DNA from: an uncultured Desulfohalobiaceae bacterium
GTDB taxonomy: Bacteria > Desulfobacterota > Desulfovibrionia > Desulfovibrionales > Desulfothermaceae
Direction: 5' to 3'
Length of the DNA stretch: 54,466 bases
NCBI GenBank assembly: GCA_964621385.1
Contig: CAZUMF010000001.1
Coordinates: 1 to 54,466 of the forward strand
Both the position numbers and the translations under genes were made by a program. The notes beneath the pieces are model-generated. The model made no database searches, was not told where the DNA came from, and was given only the letters and a program-made list of their open reading frames with translations. This document shows, piece after piece, positions 9,218 through 18,703 of this stretch (its first letter is position 1; each line of letters opens with the position of its first letter).

Positions 9218-11246
9218 TGGCAATCTCCGGCACTTGAATTTTGATGTAAACCTGAGTTCCCCCACCCGGAGAAGCATGAAGCGAAAAGCTTCCGCCCAGC
9301 ATGGCCACCCGTTCTCTCATGGAAAGCAATCCTATACTCTGTCTGTTGTTATCTGTATTCAAATAGTCCGGATCGAAGCCCACCCCGTTGTCCTCTGCTT
9401 TGAAAATAATATGGGGATAACTCTTTATGATCGATAGCCTGAAGGAGGATGCCTGTGCATGCCTCAGTACGTTTGTCAATGCTTCTTGAGCACAGCGGTA
9501 GAGAACCGTTTCGATTTTTGAGTCTATCCGTCCGGTAAAGCCGATCATCTTGAAATCTATCTCCAGATCGCTATGCTCTGAAACATTTTCCAAATGAGAT
9601 CTCAAGGCGGGTTCAAGCCCCAAATCACTAAGGATGGAAGGATGCAGCCGGTGGGAGAGAACACGCATGCCTTCATACGTGTTTGTTATCTGTTCCTTGA
9701 CCTCTGAGAGAACTTGTAAGGCTTGGCCTGAAGAATGAGCCAGTTTCCTCTCGAGTTCCTCCAGTTGAAATTTGATTCCGGTCAGACCCTGTCCGGCTTC
9801 GTCGTGGAGCTCTTGGGCAATTCTCTTACACTCTTTTTCCTGGGATTGAAAGAGCATCGCGGTCAAATTCTTAAGTTCCTCTCTGTCCTTGCAAACAGTT
9901 TCCCAAAGCTGCGCTTTTTGTATTGCCCCTCCAAGGAAGTTGCTCAGGGAACCCAGAAGGCGTACATCTTGATGAGAAAATGATTCCATACTGTGTTCCA
10001 AGGCAATAAAACCCAAGGCCTTGTCTTTCGCAGTGATTAAAAAACAGGTGAGCTCTCTGGACTTCCTGTGGTCGTGACCTGTAATAATCCCTCTGAAAGG
10101 AGGAAAGGTGGCCTCTGGAGTAAAGACAACATTTCTTTTCAGCATGGCCTCACTTAGACCATGGTCCTTGATATTAAATTGTTCAGACCTTCTATCCTCA
10201 ATGATATCAAGCCCTTGTTCAACACGAAGTTCAAGCTCAGATTTTTCATGATTCACCAAGAAGATACCGCCGGAATTGATTTGAAATACCTTCAGAATAT
10301 TCTTCAAGGCCATGATGAGGATATCATTCAAATCGAGTGACCGGTTGATGACCAGGGCTATAGAGTTTAAAAATTCCAACTCCCTGTTGCGCCGCAACTG
10401 ATTCCGGGTGGCATCGACCCGTGCAGTGATATCTTTTGCAATACCCTCATACCCGAGAATACTTCCGTCCTCATTTTTGAGCACGTTTCCGCTGAGCAAG
10501 CAATGCACCTTGGTGTGGTCCCTCTTCTTGAATTGGGCTTCGTACTCTTTGACAAACCCGTGCTTATCGAGTTGCTTTTGAAAGACCTTCCAGTGAATTG
10601 TTGTGTGAAATATTTCCTCTATGGAGGATAGGGAAACGATCTCTTGCTTGGTCCGATACTTCAGTAAATCCACACAGGCCTGATTGACCTCCTTGACTTT
10701 TCCCTCCCTGGATGTGATGAAGATCATATCTTGAGAGCCTTCGAAAATACGGCGATATTTTCTCTCGGAAATCTGGAGTTCCTTTTCAAGCACCTTTCGA
10801 CGTGTGATATCGGTTATGATTCCTTCCAGCGCCAGAACTTTATGGCCTTCAAGTACCCCATGGCCTTGTTCCCAGACCCATTTTTCCTGACCATCGGCGG
10901 TATGAATCCGGTATTCCAGTTCAAAGCCCTTCTTCTGCGTTAAGGCTTCCTGAATACCATTCCATACTCCATCGCGATCATCCGGATGGATCAAATCATT
11001 GTAAGAAGTGATCTGGTTATGAAGCAACTCTTCAGGCTTGTAGCCCGTCAAATTATAGCAGCCGCCACTGATCCACTCCATGGTCCAGTTCCGGTCATTC
11101 AGACAACGGTAGGCCATTCCGGGGAGATTGTTGATAATTGCGGACAGCTTGGCGGTTAACTTGACCCGGCTTTCCTGAAAGGCTTCCTCAGTTTTCCCAG
11201 GCAAAGATACCCCCCGGCTTGATTCGTGGAAAGGCTGTACATCCAT
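9210..11246 (-). CDS. PAS/GAF sensor histidine kinase (HisKA_3 / NarX-type)
   Basis: 678-aa ORF with PAS-like segments, a GAF-like middle region, an H-box ELHDEAGQGLTGIK and an HATPase_c region (EDNGVGFD...GIGLLSMRERV). Confidence 0.85.
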   Translation of the reverse strand: MDVQPFHESSRGVSLPGKTEEAFQESRVKLTAKLSAIINNLPGMAYRCLNDRNWTMEWISGGCYNLTGYKPEELLHNQITSYNDLIHPDDRDGVWNGIQEALTQKKGFELEYRIHTADGQEKWVWEQGHGVLEGHKVLALEGIITDITRRKVLEKELQISERKYRRIFEGSQDMIFITSREGKVKEVNQACVDLLKYRTKQEIVSLSSIEEIFHTTIHWKVFQKQLDKHGFVKEYEAQFKKRDHTKVHCLLSGNVLKNEDGSILGYEGIAKDITARVDATRNQLRRNRELEFLNSIALVINRSLDLNDILIMALKNILKVFQINSGGIFLVNHEKSELELRVEQGLDIIEDRRSEQFNIKDHGLSEAMLKRNVVFTPEATFPPFRGIITGHDHRKSRELTCFLITAKDKALGFIALEHSMESFSHQDVRLLGSLSNFLGGAIQKAQLWETVCKDREELKNLTAMLFQSQEKECKRIAQELHDEAGQGLTGIKFQLEELERKLAHSSGQALQVLSEVKEQITNTYEGMRVLSHRLHPSILSDLGLEPALRSHLENVSEHSDLEIDFKMIGFTGRIDSKIETVLYRCAQEALTNVLRHAQASSFRLSIIKSYPHIIFKAEDNGVGFDPDYLNTDNNRQSIGLLSMRERVAMLGGSFSLHASPGGGTQVYIKIQVPEIASD

Positions 11247-11378
11247 AACGTACTGGGCTCTTTTCGTAAGCTACAATGTGTCTGGCTGTGCAATGAGCCA
11301 TTGGCTCTTGGCCTGACAGGAAACCAGGGCGTTGGCACATTTTTCAAAAGCTACTGTCTACCGCTTAAAAGCCAAAGA

Positions 11379-12044
11379 CTATGAGGTTGTATTCCGTTCA
11401 TTGTTCGTGCGCCCCAGCTGAAGCCCTACCAGGATTGTGCCCACACCTTTTTCATTGACCCCTTTGAAATACTTTGTTTTCAAGAAATTGTCCGTCAGAG
11501 TGGACGGGTTGGCAAAAATAACGGCATTGAAGTTTATTAGATGGTTTTTTCCTTCCAGCCTGCACCACTCTGCGGGCAGACAGGGGGTATCAAAATAACA
11601 GGTTTTATCCATCAATTCCTTGGGAAAAGACATTCTGTCCTTATAAATGACAAAACACTCATGCATGAACCAGACGTTTTCTTGGCTTGACAACTTCGAT
11701 CGATCCTCTTCATCCCGCACCTCCTCCCCCACAACTTCATCACCTTTTTTCAATACGAGGCTCGGTAAACGGCCCCAGTCAAAATCCATATTTGTCAAGC
11801 CAACAACGATGTGTGTACACTGGAGGACTTCTCGTAAACCGCTGTTGAAGACTTTGCCCAATCCCATGAGACTTCTCTTTTCCGATTCAGTTTCAATCTC
11901 AAGTATTTTTTGGTGGTCTTCATCCAGGAGGAAAGCAGCCCCGATAATCCCCTTGCTGTTCTGCAAGGCACGAAGTAAGATATCGCTCAAAGAATCATTA
12001 TCCATCATTCCTCCAGGCAAGGTCTTCAGAGATAAAGACCTCAC
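11379..12044 (-). CDS. hypothetical protein coupled to ramA
   Basis: 221-aa ORF whose GTG start overlaps the ramA stop (GTGA). I recognise no domain. Ends in TAG. Confidence 0.4.
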   Translation of the reverse strand: MRSLSLKTLPGGMMDNDSLSDILLRALQNSKGIIGAAFLLDEDHQKILEIETESEKRSLMGLGKVFNSGLREVLQCTHIVVGLTNMDFDWGRLPSLVLKKGDEVVGEEVRDEEDRSKLSSQENVWFMHECFVIYKDRMSFPKELMDKTCYFDTPCLPAEWCRLEGKNHLINFNAVIFANPSTLTDNFLKTKYFKGVNEKGVGTILVGLQLGRTNNERNTTS

Positions 12045-13720
12045 GCCGTGATCAAACTATTCCAGCTAAAGACTTTTTCTTCACAGATCGCCTCGCATCT
12101 CTTACAGGCAATCCCATTGCACAAACCCAACTCTATGGAAATCTCGAAAAGATTCTCTCTTTCCTCCAGTTGAAGCGCCTTTTCCGGACATTCCTCAACA
12201 CAGAGGGCACATCCGATGCATCCAGAAAAAAGAATCTGTTTCTCCTGGCCAATGTCCTCAATGATTCGTAACCCATGAATTCCGGTATCGGCTATGTCTC
12301 TTTTCACCTTTTTGAAAATTTCAACACGGTTGTCTGTTTCTTTCAATCGCGGCAGGCCGAACTTTTTCAGGAAATGCTGGTACTGTCCGTAGGTCATCCC
12401 TTCAGTCCAAAAAGATAATTCCAGGATATACACTTTCTCAAAGACCTTGGATTCGGCGAACATACAATGATGTTGCCTCAGTTGATCCGAAACCCGCTGC
12501 ATGCGGAGGAGTTCATCCTCGTTTTGCAGCAAATCCCTGGCCATGGCCAGGGAGGTGTTCCCCACCTGATAGATCTTTGTTGCTCCGGCCGGAATCAGTC
12601 CCACGTCTTTGGCCTTCAGAGCATCCACATACGTTCCTGAAGCGCCTGACATATAGACTGTCCCGATCTTCTCCAAACCGATGCCCGCTTCATGACACAA
12701 GGCCATATGACCGGCGCGCACCGCCCCAAAAGCCTTTCCGGCTTCAATCACATCTTTGGAGTGAAACCTGACGCTGTTTGGCAAATAAATGTATCCATCC
12801 CTGGTGGCAATTTTTGGAAGCTGAATGAAACCATACTCCATGCCCTGGCTCATGAGGGCGATGACCCCGGTCCCTGTGATACCAACTGCCCGTTCTCCTT
12901 TGTGAAAGAGCTCACCAGTATTCGGGTCAACCGTATCGCCAGGATAGGAAAGCATGTCCTTGCCGAGAACATAGGTTTTCAGCCAACCAGAGACGGATTG
13001 ATCATCCTGATTTTTCCCTGCCGGCCGAGTCTTGGACTCCTTGGCTTCAAAGTCGACATCCGAAATGGCTCCAGGGAGCGCCAGCAGTCCGTCCCCTATC
13101 TGTTGCCCTTCCAAGGCCGGCCCGGCCGCCGTAGACCCTGAGTAGACCCTGCCGTTTGCGATCAAAGCCATTTCAGCATTGGTCCCATAATCAGTGGCAA
13201 TCGCGATTTCATCTTTTTCCAGCATGCCGGTTTGGATCATCATGGCCAAAGCGTCGGCCCCGACCTCATGCCTCACAGCAGGAGGAATCAAGACATCGGC
13301 CTTCGCCGGCAGGTCAAGTCCGCGTATCTGTGAGGTTTTGAACAATCCTCCATCCCTGTTGGGGGGGGTGACTCCCAAGGCCTGGAGTTTGCGTTTCCCG
13401 GCATAGGCCAGATCTCGTATCTCAATTTCCTGAAACAGGGACAGCTGAATGGGGTTTCCGCATACCGCCAGTTTGACAATCGACTCTTTGGCGACACCCA
13501 TGTTTTCAATTAGCTTATTAACGGCCTCCACAACAATCTCGTGGGTCCATTGCAGCCCAACTTCAACAGCGCAATGGAGATGATCCATGACATTGGCCCC
13601 CGGCAAAGGATGACGGGGGGTAACGACGGTCGAAAGGATCAATCCATCCTGCTCGAGATCGACTGCCTGCCCCCTGAATCCACTGGTTCCCAGATCCAAA
13701 GCAATACCAATCTTTGGCAT
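12041..13720 (-). CDS. ramA: methylamine methyltransferase corrinoid protein reductive activase, RamA type
   Basis: 559-aa ORF. The N-terminus IALDLGTSGFRGQ...LAVCGNPIQLSLFQEIEIRDLAYAG...TDYGTNAEMAL closely matches my recollection of Methanosarcina RamA. The C-terminus has two ferredoxin-type Cys clusters (CIGCALCVEECP, CNGIACKRCEAICE). Confidence 0.85.
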   Translation of the reverse strand: MPKIGIALDLGTSGFRGQAVDLEQDGLILSTVVTPRHPLPGANVMDHLHCAVEVGLQWTHEIVVEAVNKLIENMGVAKESIVKLAVCGNPIQLSLFQEIEIRDLAYAGKRKLQALGVTPPNRDGGLFKTSQIRGLDLPAKADVLIPPAVRHEVGADALAMMIQTGMLEKDEIAIATDYGTNAEMALIANGRVYSGSTAAGPALEGQQIGDGLLALPGAISDVDFEAKESKTRPAGKNQDDQSVSGWLKTYVLGKDMLSYPGDTVDPNTGELFHKGERAVGITGTGVIALMSQGMEYGFIQLPKIATRDGYIYLPNSVRFHSKDVIEAGKAFGAVRAGHMALCHEAGIGLEKIGTVYMSGASGTYVDALKAKDVGLIPAGATKIYQVGNTSLAMARDLLQNEDELLRMQRVSDQLRQHHCMFAESKVFEKVYILELSFWTEGMTYGQYQHFLKKFGLPRLKETDNRVEIFKKVKRDIADTGIHGLRIIEDIGQEKQILFSGCIGCALCVEECPEKALQLEERENLFEISIELGLCNGIACKRCEAICEEKVFSWNSLITA

Positions 13721-13900
13721 GTCTGACTCCGAATACTCAGACTCGATATAGCAAGGGTGATCAAATGCCCTTTATCAGCTTTCGAGATAAGTTATAAACT
13801 CAGATTCTATTTGTATTGTTTGATAAAAAAAAGTTTATGGAATGGAACAATTACTTGTAATGATGGAAAATTTGACTAGTATATGAAAAATGGACTTCAA

Positions 13901-14236
13901 CTATTTCCGATTATGCTGTAAAAGTGAACCATAATGCCGCTTGAAACTGGTGGAAGAATATTTACTCATTTTCCAGTCCGGGACTTTGCACTTTTCACAA
14001 GGTTTCGTAAACCACTTATTTCTGAGCCACCGAGCACCACGGCTGTTTTTTGAATTGTTGACCATGAATTGCATGTTGCAATGAGTGGTGATCCAGGCCT
14101 GTTCTCCTTTCTTTTCGATAGTTCTGATTCCATGAAGGACACCTTTCCGAGAAGGCCAGAGCTTGATTTTGTCAATAAGGCTGAAGAGCTCGACCCTCTT
14201 TCTGTAATACCTCTTGGCTGGTTCACATTTAACCAT
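13901..14236 (-). CDS. pylSn: PylSn, stand-alone N-terminal (tRNA-Pyl-binding) domain of pyrrolysyl-tRNA synthetase
   Basis: LWPSRKGVLHGIRTIEKKGEQAWITTHCNMQFMVNNSKNSRGARWLRNKWFTKPCEKCKVPDW aligns with the N-terminal domain of archaeal PylS (LWMSRTGTIHKIKHH...[28 protein letters not shown]). The ATG at 14236 overlaps the pylD stop (ATGGTTAA). The track ORF start at 14413 is an out-of-context extension. Ends in TAG. Confidence 0.8.
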   Translation of the reverse strand: MVKCEPAKRYYRKRVELFSLIDKIKLWPSRKGVLHGIRTIEKKGEQAWITTHCNMQFMVNNSKNSRGARWLRNKWFTKPCEKCKVPDWKMSKYSSTSFKRHYGSLLQHNRK

Positions 14237-14881
14237 TGGCAATTCTGACCAACATGGTTGCGGTTCCGATCTGCAATGGATCGTGTAAAATCCTCGATCC
14301 TGCTTCAGTGATCCCCTTTTGATCCAGACCAAGGGGCATGCCCGGAGCAGCAATGAACATCTCCCGGGAAATAACTTTGCCAGGGATGACTCCCGCCGCA
14401 TTCGTGGCTTCAAAGACCAATCGGCTCTGCTCCAAAGCTTTTTCCAAATGCTGAGTTATTGGAACCTCCTTTGAACTGATACTGCTCAGTTGTTCAGAAG
14501 CAGTTCGACTCTTGGTCCGGTCCAGATCGTACAGGGAGACATCGGCAAAATTGGGCAATCACTTTTTTTCCTGATTGCTTCCCCCAGTCCGCCAACATCT
14601 GTCTCATGGGCTACAAAAGCCGGACAACCTAAATATGCAGCGATCGAACAGACGGCTTCTGAAAAACCTGGAAGCGAACCCTGACCACTGGTTATTGGTA
14701 TAACAGCTGTGTGTAGGGTGGTCGAAAAGAATGGTGCATGCCACCTGCAAGTACGCGATTTTTCTTTACCCGGCTCTGGATTATCAGACTGATTCCTGAG
14801 CTATTTTTCAAATTGACTAATCAATCTTTTTAATAATTCCAGAATAATACAAAGAAGGTTTTTAACACTTCTTCCTTTCAT
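14229..14881 (-). pseudogene. pylD: pylD (3-methylornithyl-N6-L-lysine dehydrogenase), apparently disrupted
   Basis: The C-terminal frame (14229..14558) reads FEATNAAGVIPGK...PLQIGTATML, like the PylD C-terminus. A different frame upstream (14561..14881) reads AVIPITSGQGSLPGFSEAV...DVGGLGEAIRKK, like the PylD N-terminal domain. The two frames need a 1-nt correction near 14545..14563. An in-frame TAG lies at 14801..14803 with no start codon after it. No GxGxxG loop is visible, and the total is ~217 codons. Confidence 0.65.
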
Positions 14882-15034
14882 AATTCTTCATAATTATTGT
14901 TTAACGGTTTCGCTCTGCTTTGTCAACACGTGGCTGAGTATCTAAAGGGACTAGCTTCAATCTGAGCATTTTGTCTCATAGGACCGAACCCTTTTTGGAG
15001 TGTTCCTTCATACTTAAGAGTTAGCGAAAGTATT

Positions 15035-16048
15035 TCAGTGTTTCTGAGCCACTTGCAACATGGCCAGAAGATTTTCCATAGGTGTTCCAGGGGAGACGGC
15101 GCATCCGGGTGCAAGGATCTGGATACCTTTGGAGATGGATTCCTCGGCCTCTTTAGTGACGACATCCGGTTCTTTGAGGAACAAGGTGTTGGTGACATCC
15201 ACCCCTCCCATCAAAACCATGTCCGGGCCACATTTTTCTCTGGCGAATTGGACATCAGCCTTTGGTTCAAGGCTCAAGGCGCTTGTTCCTGTCTGGCCCA
15301 TCTGCTCAACGATAACATCAACCTTCCCACAGATATGAAGAATAGTTGGAACAGAAATGGCTGCAAACTGCTTGCTTTCATATTCCAGCACAAGATCCCC
15401 AAAGGTTTTGGGAGCCATTAGGTCTGGAGAAGCGGTCATATCTTCGCAACTGATGATATCCGCACCGGCTTCAATCAGGGCTTTGGCCAGAGCTGTGCCC
15501 GCCTTTTCTGCCACATCGAGAAAGGGCCGCAGCTTCTCCGGCTTCTTATAGGAGGTTTTCAGCAGGGGAACGGTGTCTATGAGATGGCCGGCAATCGAGA
15601 AAGGACCGACGATTCCTGCTACAATCGGAACTTCGTCGCCGAGTTCCTTCTTCAGGATTTGAACCGCCTTCAGGAGTTCGGGAATTCGCCCTCTGGACAA
15701 AAAATCATCCGGAAAGCTCGGAGTGTCCTCCAATTTATAAGGTGGCGGATGATCGATGCCCGGTATCCCCTCTCCCTGTCTGGTCTTCCCCGGTTTGACC
15801 TTACATCCGAGCGCTTCAGCCTCAAATGTTTGACAAAAAGGGAGTCTCACCGCGTCAAATCCAAGCACGGTATGGTTGGCCAGGGCCAGTTTGGCCATGG
15901 GTTCGGCTTTTTCATGCCCTTCAGGCCAGAAGGCTTGCACCTTCTCCATCTGATCATAGGTGACCAAACTATTGGCTGCGAAGCAGGGCATACGGTCCGG
16001 TTTCTCATGCTGCATGACTGCCATTACCCGTTGTTTTGCATTCATCAT
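15035..16048 (-). CDS. URO-D family methyltransferase, MtaA/MtbA-like (MT2-type), copy 2
   Basis: 337-aa ORF that is URO-D/MtbA-like throughout (RLPFCQTFEAEALGC, ILHICGK). Confidence 0.8.
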   Translation of the reverse strand: MMNAKQRVMAVMQHEKPDRMPCFAANSLVTYDQMEKVQAFWPEGHEKAEPMAKLALANHTVLGFDAVRLPFCQTFEAEALGCKVKPGKTRQGEGIPGIDHPPPYKLEDTPSFPDDFLSRGRIPELLKAVQILKKELGDEVPIVAGIVGPFSIAGHLIDTVPLLKTSYKKPEKLRPFLDVAEKAGTALAKALIEAGADIISCEDMTASPDLMAPKTFGDLVLEYESKQFAAISVPTILHICGKVDVIVEQMGQTGTSALSLEPKADVQFAREKCGPDMVLMGGVDVTNTLFLKEPDVVTKEAEESISKGIQILAPGCAVSPGTPMENLLAMLQVAQKH

Positions 16049-16099
16049 TGCCTCCTCTGTTGAAATACGTTCATATGTTCAACCCACCACGAAAAGACC

Positions 16100-17071
16100 T
16101 CAGGCATTGTCTCGGCTTTGTAAGACACACCGTTTCAGATTTCGGGTTGTCGCCTCGCTGTCAATTCCACAGCCAATGAAAACCAGACGCGTTTCATCCC
16201 TTCCTAACCAGTTTTCCCATTCTGTCTTGTTCCCGACATGATTCACAAAAACAGTTCGGTTTTCAAAGCGCACCGTTCCTTTCACTCGAAACAGCTCCCA
16301 GGGCAGATTGCGCATGAAATCATGGAAACACGTCTCATTGAGGATCTCCGGACCTTGGAAGGAAAAAGTCACAAAGAGCCGATCAGCCCTATCGAGATCT
16401 GTTTCAATGTCAGCGGTGCTTTTCAAGGCATTGATTGGCCGTGGCAGGTTCCAGGCACTGCCGGCAAACAGCGTCTGAAAGTCTACATTGCTGTATATCG
16501 TGGGAATAACCTCTGCATCAGGGACCAACTCATTGATCTCTTTCAAAAAAAAGAGAATCTGCTTTGGGTCAACAGTGTCGCTCTTGTTGAGGAGGATGAG
16601 GTCAGCCTCTTGGATTTGCTTGCTGAAAAGTGATCCAAAACAATCTCTGACCTCCCAGTTGTCGGCATCGACGATGGTGATGACCTTTTTGACGGCCATA
16701 TGGTCATGCATTGCAGCTTCATTCAAGGTTTCAACCACGGATACAGGGTTTCCCACACCGGAAAGTTCTATCAGGATCCTGGTTGGTCTCGACCTTTTCC
16801 AGAGGGCTTGCAGCGTCAGATTCAAATCGGCTTTCATTGTGCAGCAGACGCATCCGCTCGTGAGTTCAATCACATCTGAGCCACCTTGCTTGAGCATATC
16901 GCTGTCAAGGCCCACTTTTCCGAATTCGTTCACTATCACCGCGGTATTCCGCAGATCAGCGTCCCAAGCCAGTATCCTCTTGAGAAGAGTTGTCTTACCC
17001 GATCCCAGAAATCCGGCAATGACAAAGATCTCAGTTTGTTCTGTCAATAGAGATGGGCTCCCTTCCGTCAT
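16100..17071 (-). CDS. CobW/G3E-family GTPase metallochaperone (COG0523)
   Basis: 323-aa ORF with Walker A GFLGSGKTTLLKRIL, the metal-binding GCVCCTM motif and a CobW C-terminal-like domain. Confidence 0.85.
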   Translation of the reverse strand: MTEGSPSLLTEQTEIFVIAGFLGSGKTTLLKRILAWDADLRNTAVIVNEFGKVGLDSDMLKQGGSDVIELTSGCVCCTMKADLNLTLQALWKRSRPTRILIELSGVGNPVSVVETLNEAAMHDHMAVKKVITIVDADNWEVRDCFGSLFSKQIQEADLILLNKSDTVDPKQILFFLKEINELVPDAEVIPTIYSNVDFQTLFAGSAWNLPRPINALKSTADIETDLDRADRLFVTFSFQGPEILNETCFHDFMRNLPWELFRVKGTVRFENRTVFVNHVGNKTEWENWLGRDETRLVFIGCGIDSEATTRNLKRCVLQSRDNA

Positions 17072-17482
17072 GAATCACCTTCTTTTTCTACTCAAATTGA
17101 CAATATCAAAGAAATACCTTGTGAGCCTATCAGCGAATTGATGATTTTTCCTTCGATAGCGGACCAAATACATGGACTTCCGAAGATTTTTCTTATCCAA
17201 CCCTCCCCTGTGGCGACAACCATAAAAGCAGTAATTCTCATTTTGACTTTCCTATGATTATTGGACAACCAATTCTCCAAAGATATAAAAAGCTTGGGGG
17301 GAGGGTAAAAAAAACAGACCTGTGCATGTGCAAAGGCAGGCCTTGACTGAAATAAAAAGTTATAATAGGGTTTATCTTGAAATCTAGATAAAATATCTTC
17401 AAAAACCGCTTTTTCCGGGAAAAACACATAAAACCCCGAGAGACTCGCTCGAAACCGTAAACTCTAACAAAGGAGAGAATCC

Positions 17483-18592
17483 ATGAGAAAGCAACTGTTT
17501 CCCACGAATCTCAGAATTTTGCCAGTTGTGTTGTGTCTCTGTTTCCTGATTTTGACAACAGGAACCGTTTCAAGTGCTGAAAAACCTTATGCAGGAGAAA
17601 CCCTTGTTGTGGGGATCTGGTCCGGCCCCTATGCCGACCATTTCAAGGAAGCCATCGGCCAGCCCTTTGAGGAAATGACCGGCGCCAAGCTGCAGTACAA
17701 GTACTCCTGGGACTTCACCCCTGAAATCATCGCCGCTCCCGAGGACCAGCCCCCCCTCGACGTGGCCGAAACCGCCGATGCCGACTATCTTGTCGGCGTC
17801 AAGCGAAAGCTCTGGCTGCCCCTGCGCTACGAGAACATCCCGAATATCGACAACGTCTATCCTTACGTCAAAGACGAGATGTCCCCCACCATCGAATTCG
17901 GGGTCCCCTTCGACGTCGGGGTCCACGTCCTGTTGTACAGGAAAGACCTCGTCAAGCAGGCCCCGCAGTCCTGGGAGGATCTCTTCAGGGACGAATTCAA
18001 GGGCAAGATCGGGATCGAACGCTGGTTCCCCTACTGGGTCTACGTGGGCAGCTATCTCACGGACTATTCCCCCCCGGAACAGGCCATCTACAGCCAGGAA
18101 GGCCGGGACGCCATCCTGGAGCAGATGGGCAGGCTGAGCAAGCGCTGGTTCTTCTGTTACGAAAAAGGGGCTGAATTCGTCTCCGCCCTGGATGCCGGGG
18201 AAATCCTGGTGGGCAACTACTGGAACGGCTCCGGCACCACCCTGGTCCTGGAAAACCAGGATCGCTACGGCATCGTCTTCCCCGAGGAAGGCGGGGTGGC
18301 CTACCTGGATCATTTCTGCGTGGTCCGGGGCACGGAGAAACGCGACCTGGCCGAGGCCTTCATCAACTACACCGTGAGCAAGAAGGCCCAGATCGATTTC
18401 CTGAAACGCCACTACAACATCATGGTCTACAAGGATCTGGAAGGACATATTCCCGAAGTCATGAAGAAAAACGACCTGCAGCCAACCACCGTGGAAGAGT
18501 GGAAAAAGATCACCAAGATCGACGCCGAATTCCTCGAGCCCATGCGCAAGGAACTGGAAGACCACTTCCTCAAAGAAGTTCTTTCCAGGTAA
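17483..18592 (+). CDS. ABC transporter periplasmic substrate-binding protein (PotD/PotF-like family 1)
   Basis: 369-aa ORF with a Sec-type signal peptide (LPVVLCLCFLILTTGTVSSA). It precedes an ATPase and two permeases of the Pot type. SD aaaggagag lies upstream. Confidence 0.8.
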   Translation: MRKQLFPTNLRILPVVLCLCFLILTTGTVSSAEKPYAGETLVVGIWSGPYADHFKEAIGQPFEEMTGAKLQYKYSWDFTPEIIAAPEDQPPLDVAETADADYLVGVKRKLWLPLRYENIPNIDNVYPYVKDEMSPTIEFGVPFDVGVHVLLYRKDLVKQAPQSWEDLFRDEFKGKIGIERWFPYWVYVGSYLTDYSPPEQAIYSQEGRDAILEQMGRLSKRWFFCYEKGAEFVSALDAGEILVGNYWNGSGTTLVLENQDRYGIVFPEEGGVAYLDHFCVVRGTEKRDLAEAFINYTVSKKAQIDFLKRHYNIMVYKDLEGHIPEVMKKNDLQPTTVEEWKKITKIDAEFLEPMRKELEDHFLKEVLSR

Positions 18593-18703
18593 GCCAGCTG
18601 CGAAAAATGTCCGGGCCCCCTCCTCGAGGGGGCCTTCCGGCCGGGACCCTGCCCTGCCGGCCCGTGTTCACCGAGTCGACGTCCAGCAAAAAAGGGTTGC
18701 CCT

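Noticed and set aside
11247-11381. The 221-aa hypothetical ORF and the histidine kinase ORF are in the same frame. The 135 nt between them (the ORF's own TAG stop included) contain three TAG codons (11379..11381, 11358..11360, 11271..11273) and no TAA or TGA. I considered a UAG read-through fusion.
   Set aside because: Three read-through events within 45 codons are implausible. The intervening peptide shows no recognisable domain character. A 44-codon stretch free of TAA and TGA is not rare by chance. The kinase also has its own ATG.
14237-14413. The upstream extension of the pylSn ORF (track start 14413).
   Set aside because: The extension overlaps the pylD C-terminal coding frame and has no PylS similarity. 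The ATG at 14236 overlaps the pylD stop in a typical coupling arrangement.
17343-17366. TTGACT ... TATAAT, which looks like a sigma-70 promoter upstream of the Pot-type operon.
   Set aside because: The spacer is only 12 nt, far from the 16-18 nt optimum, so I do not call it.
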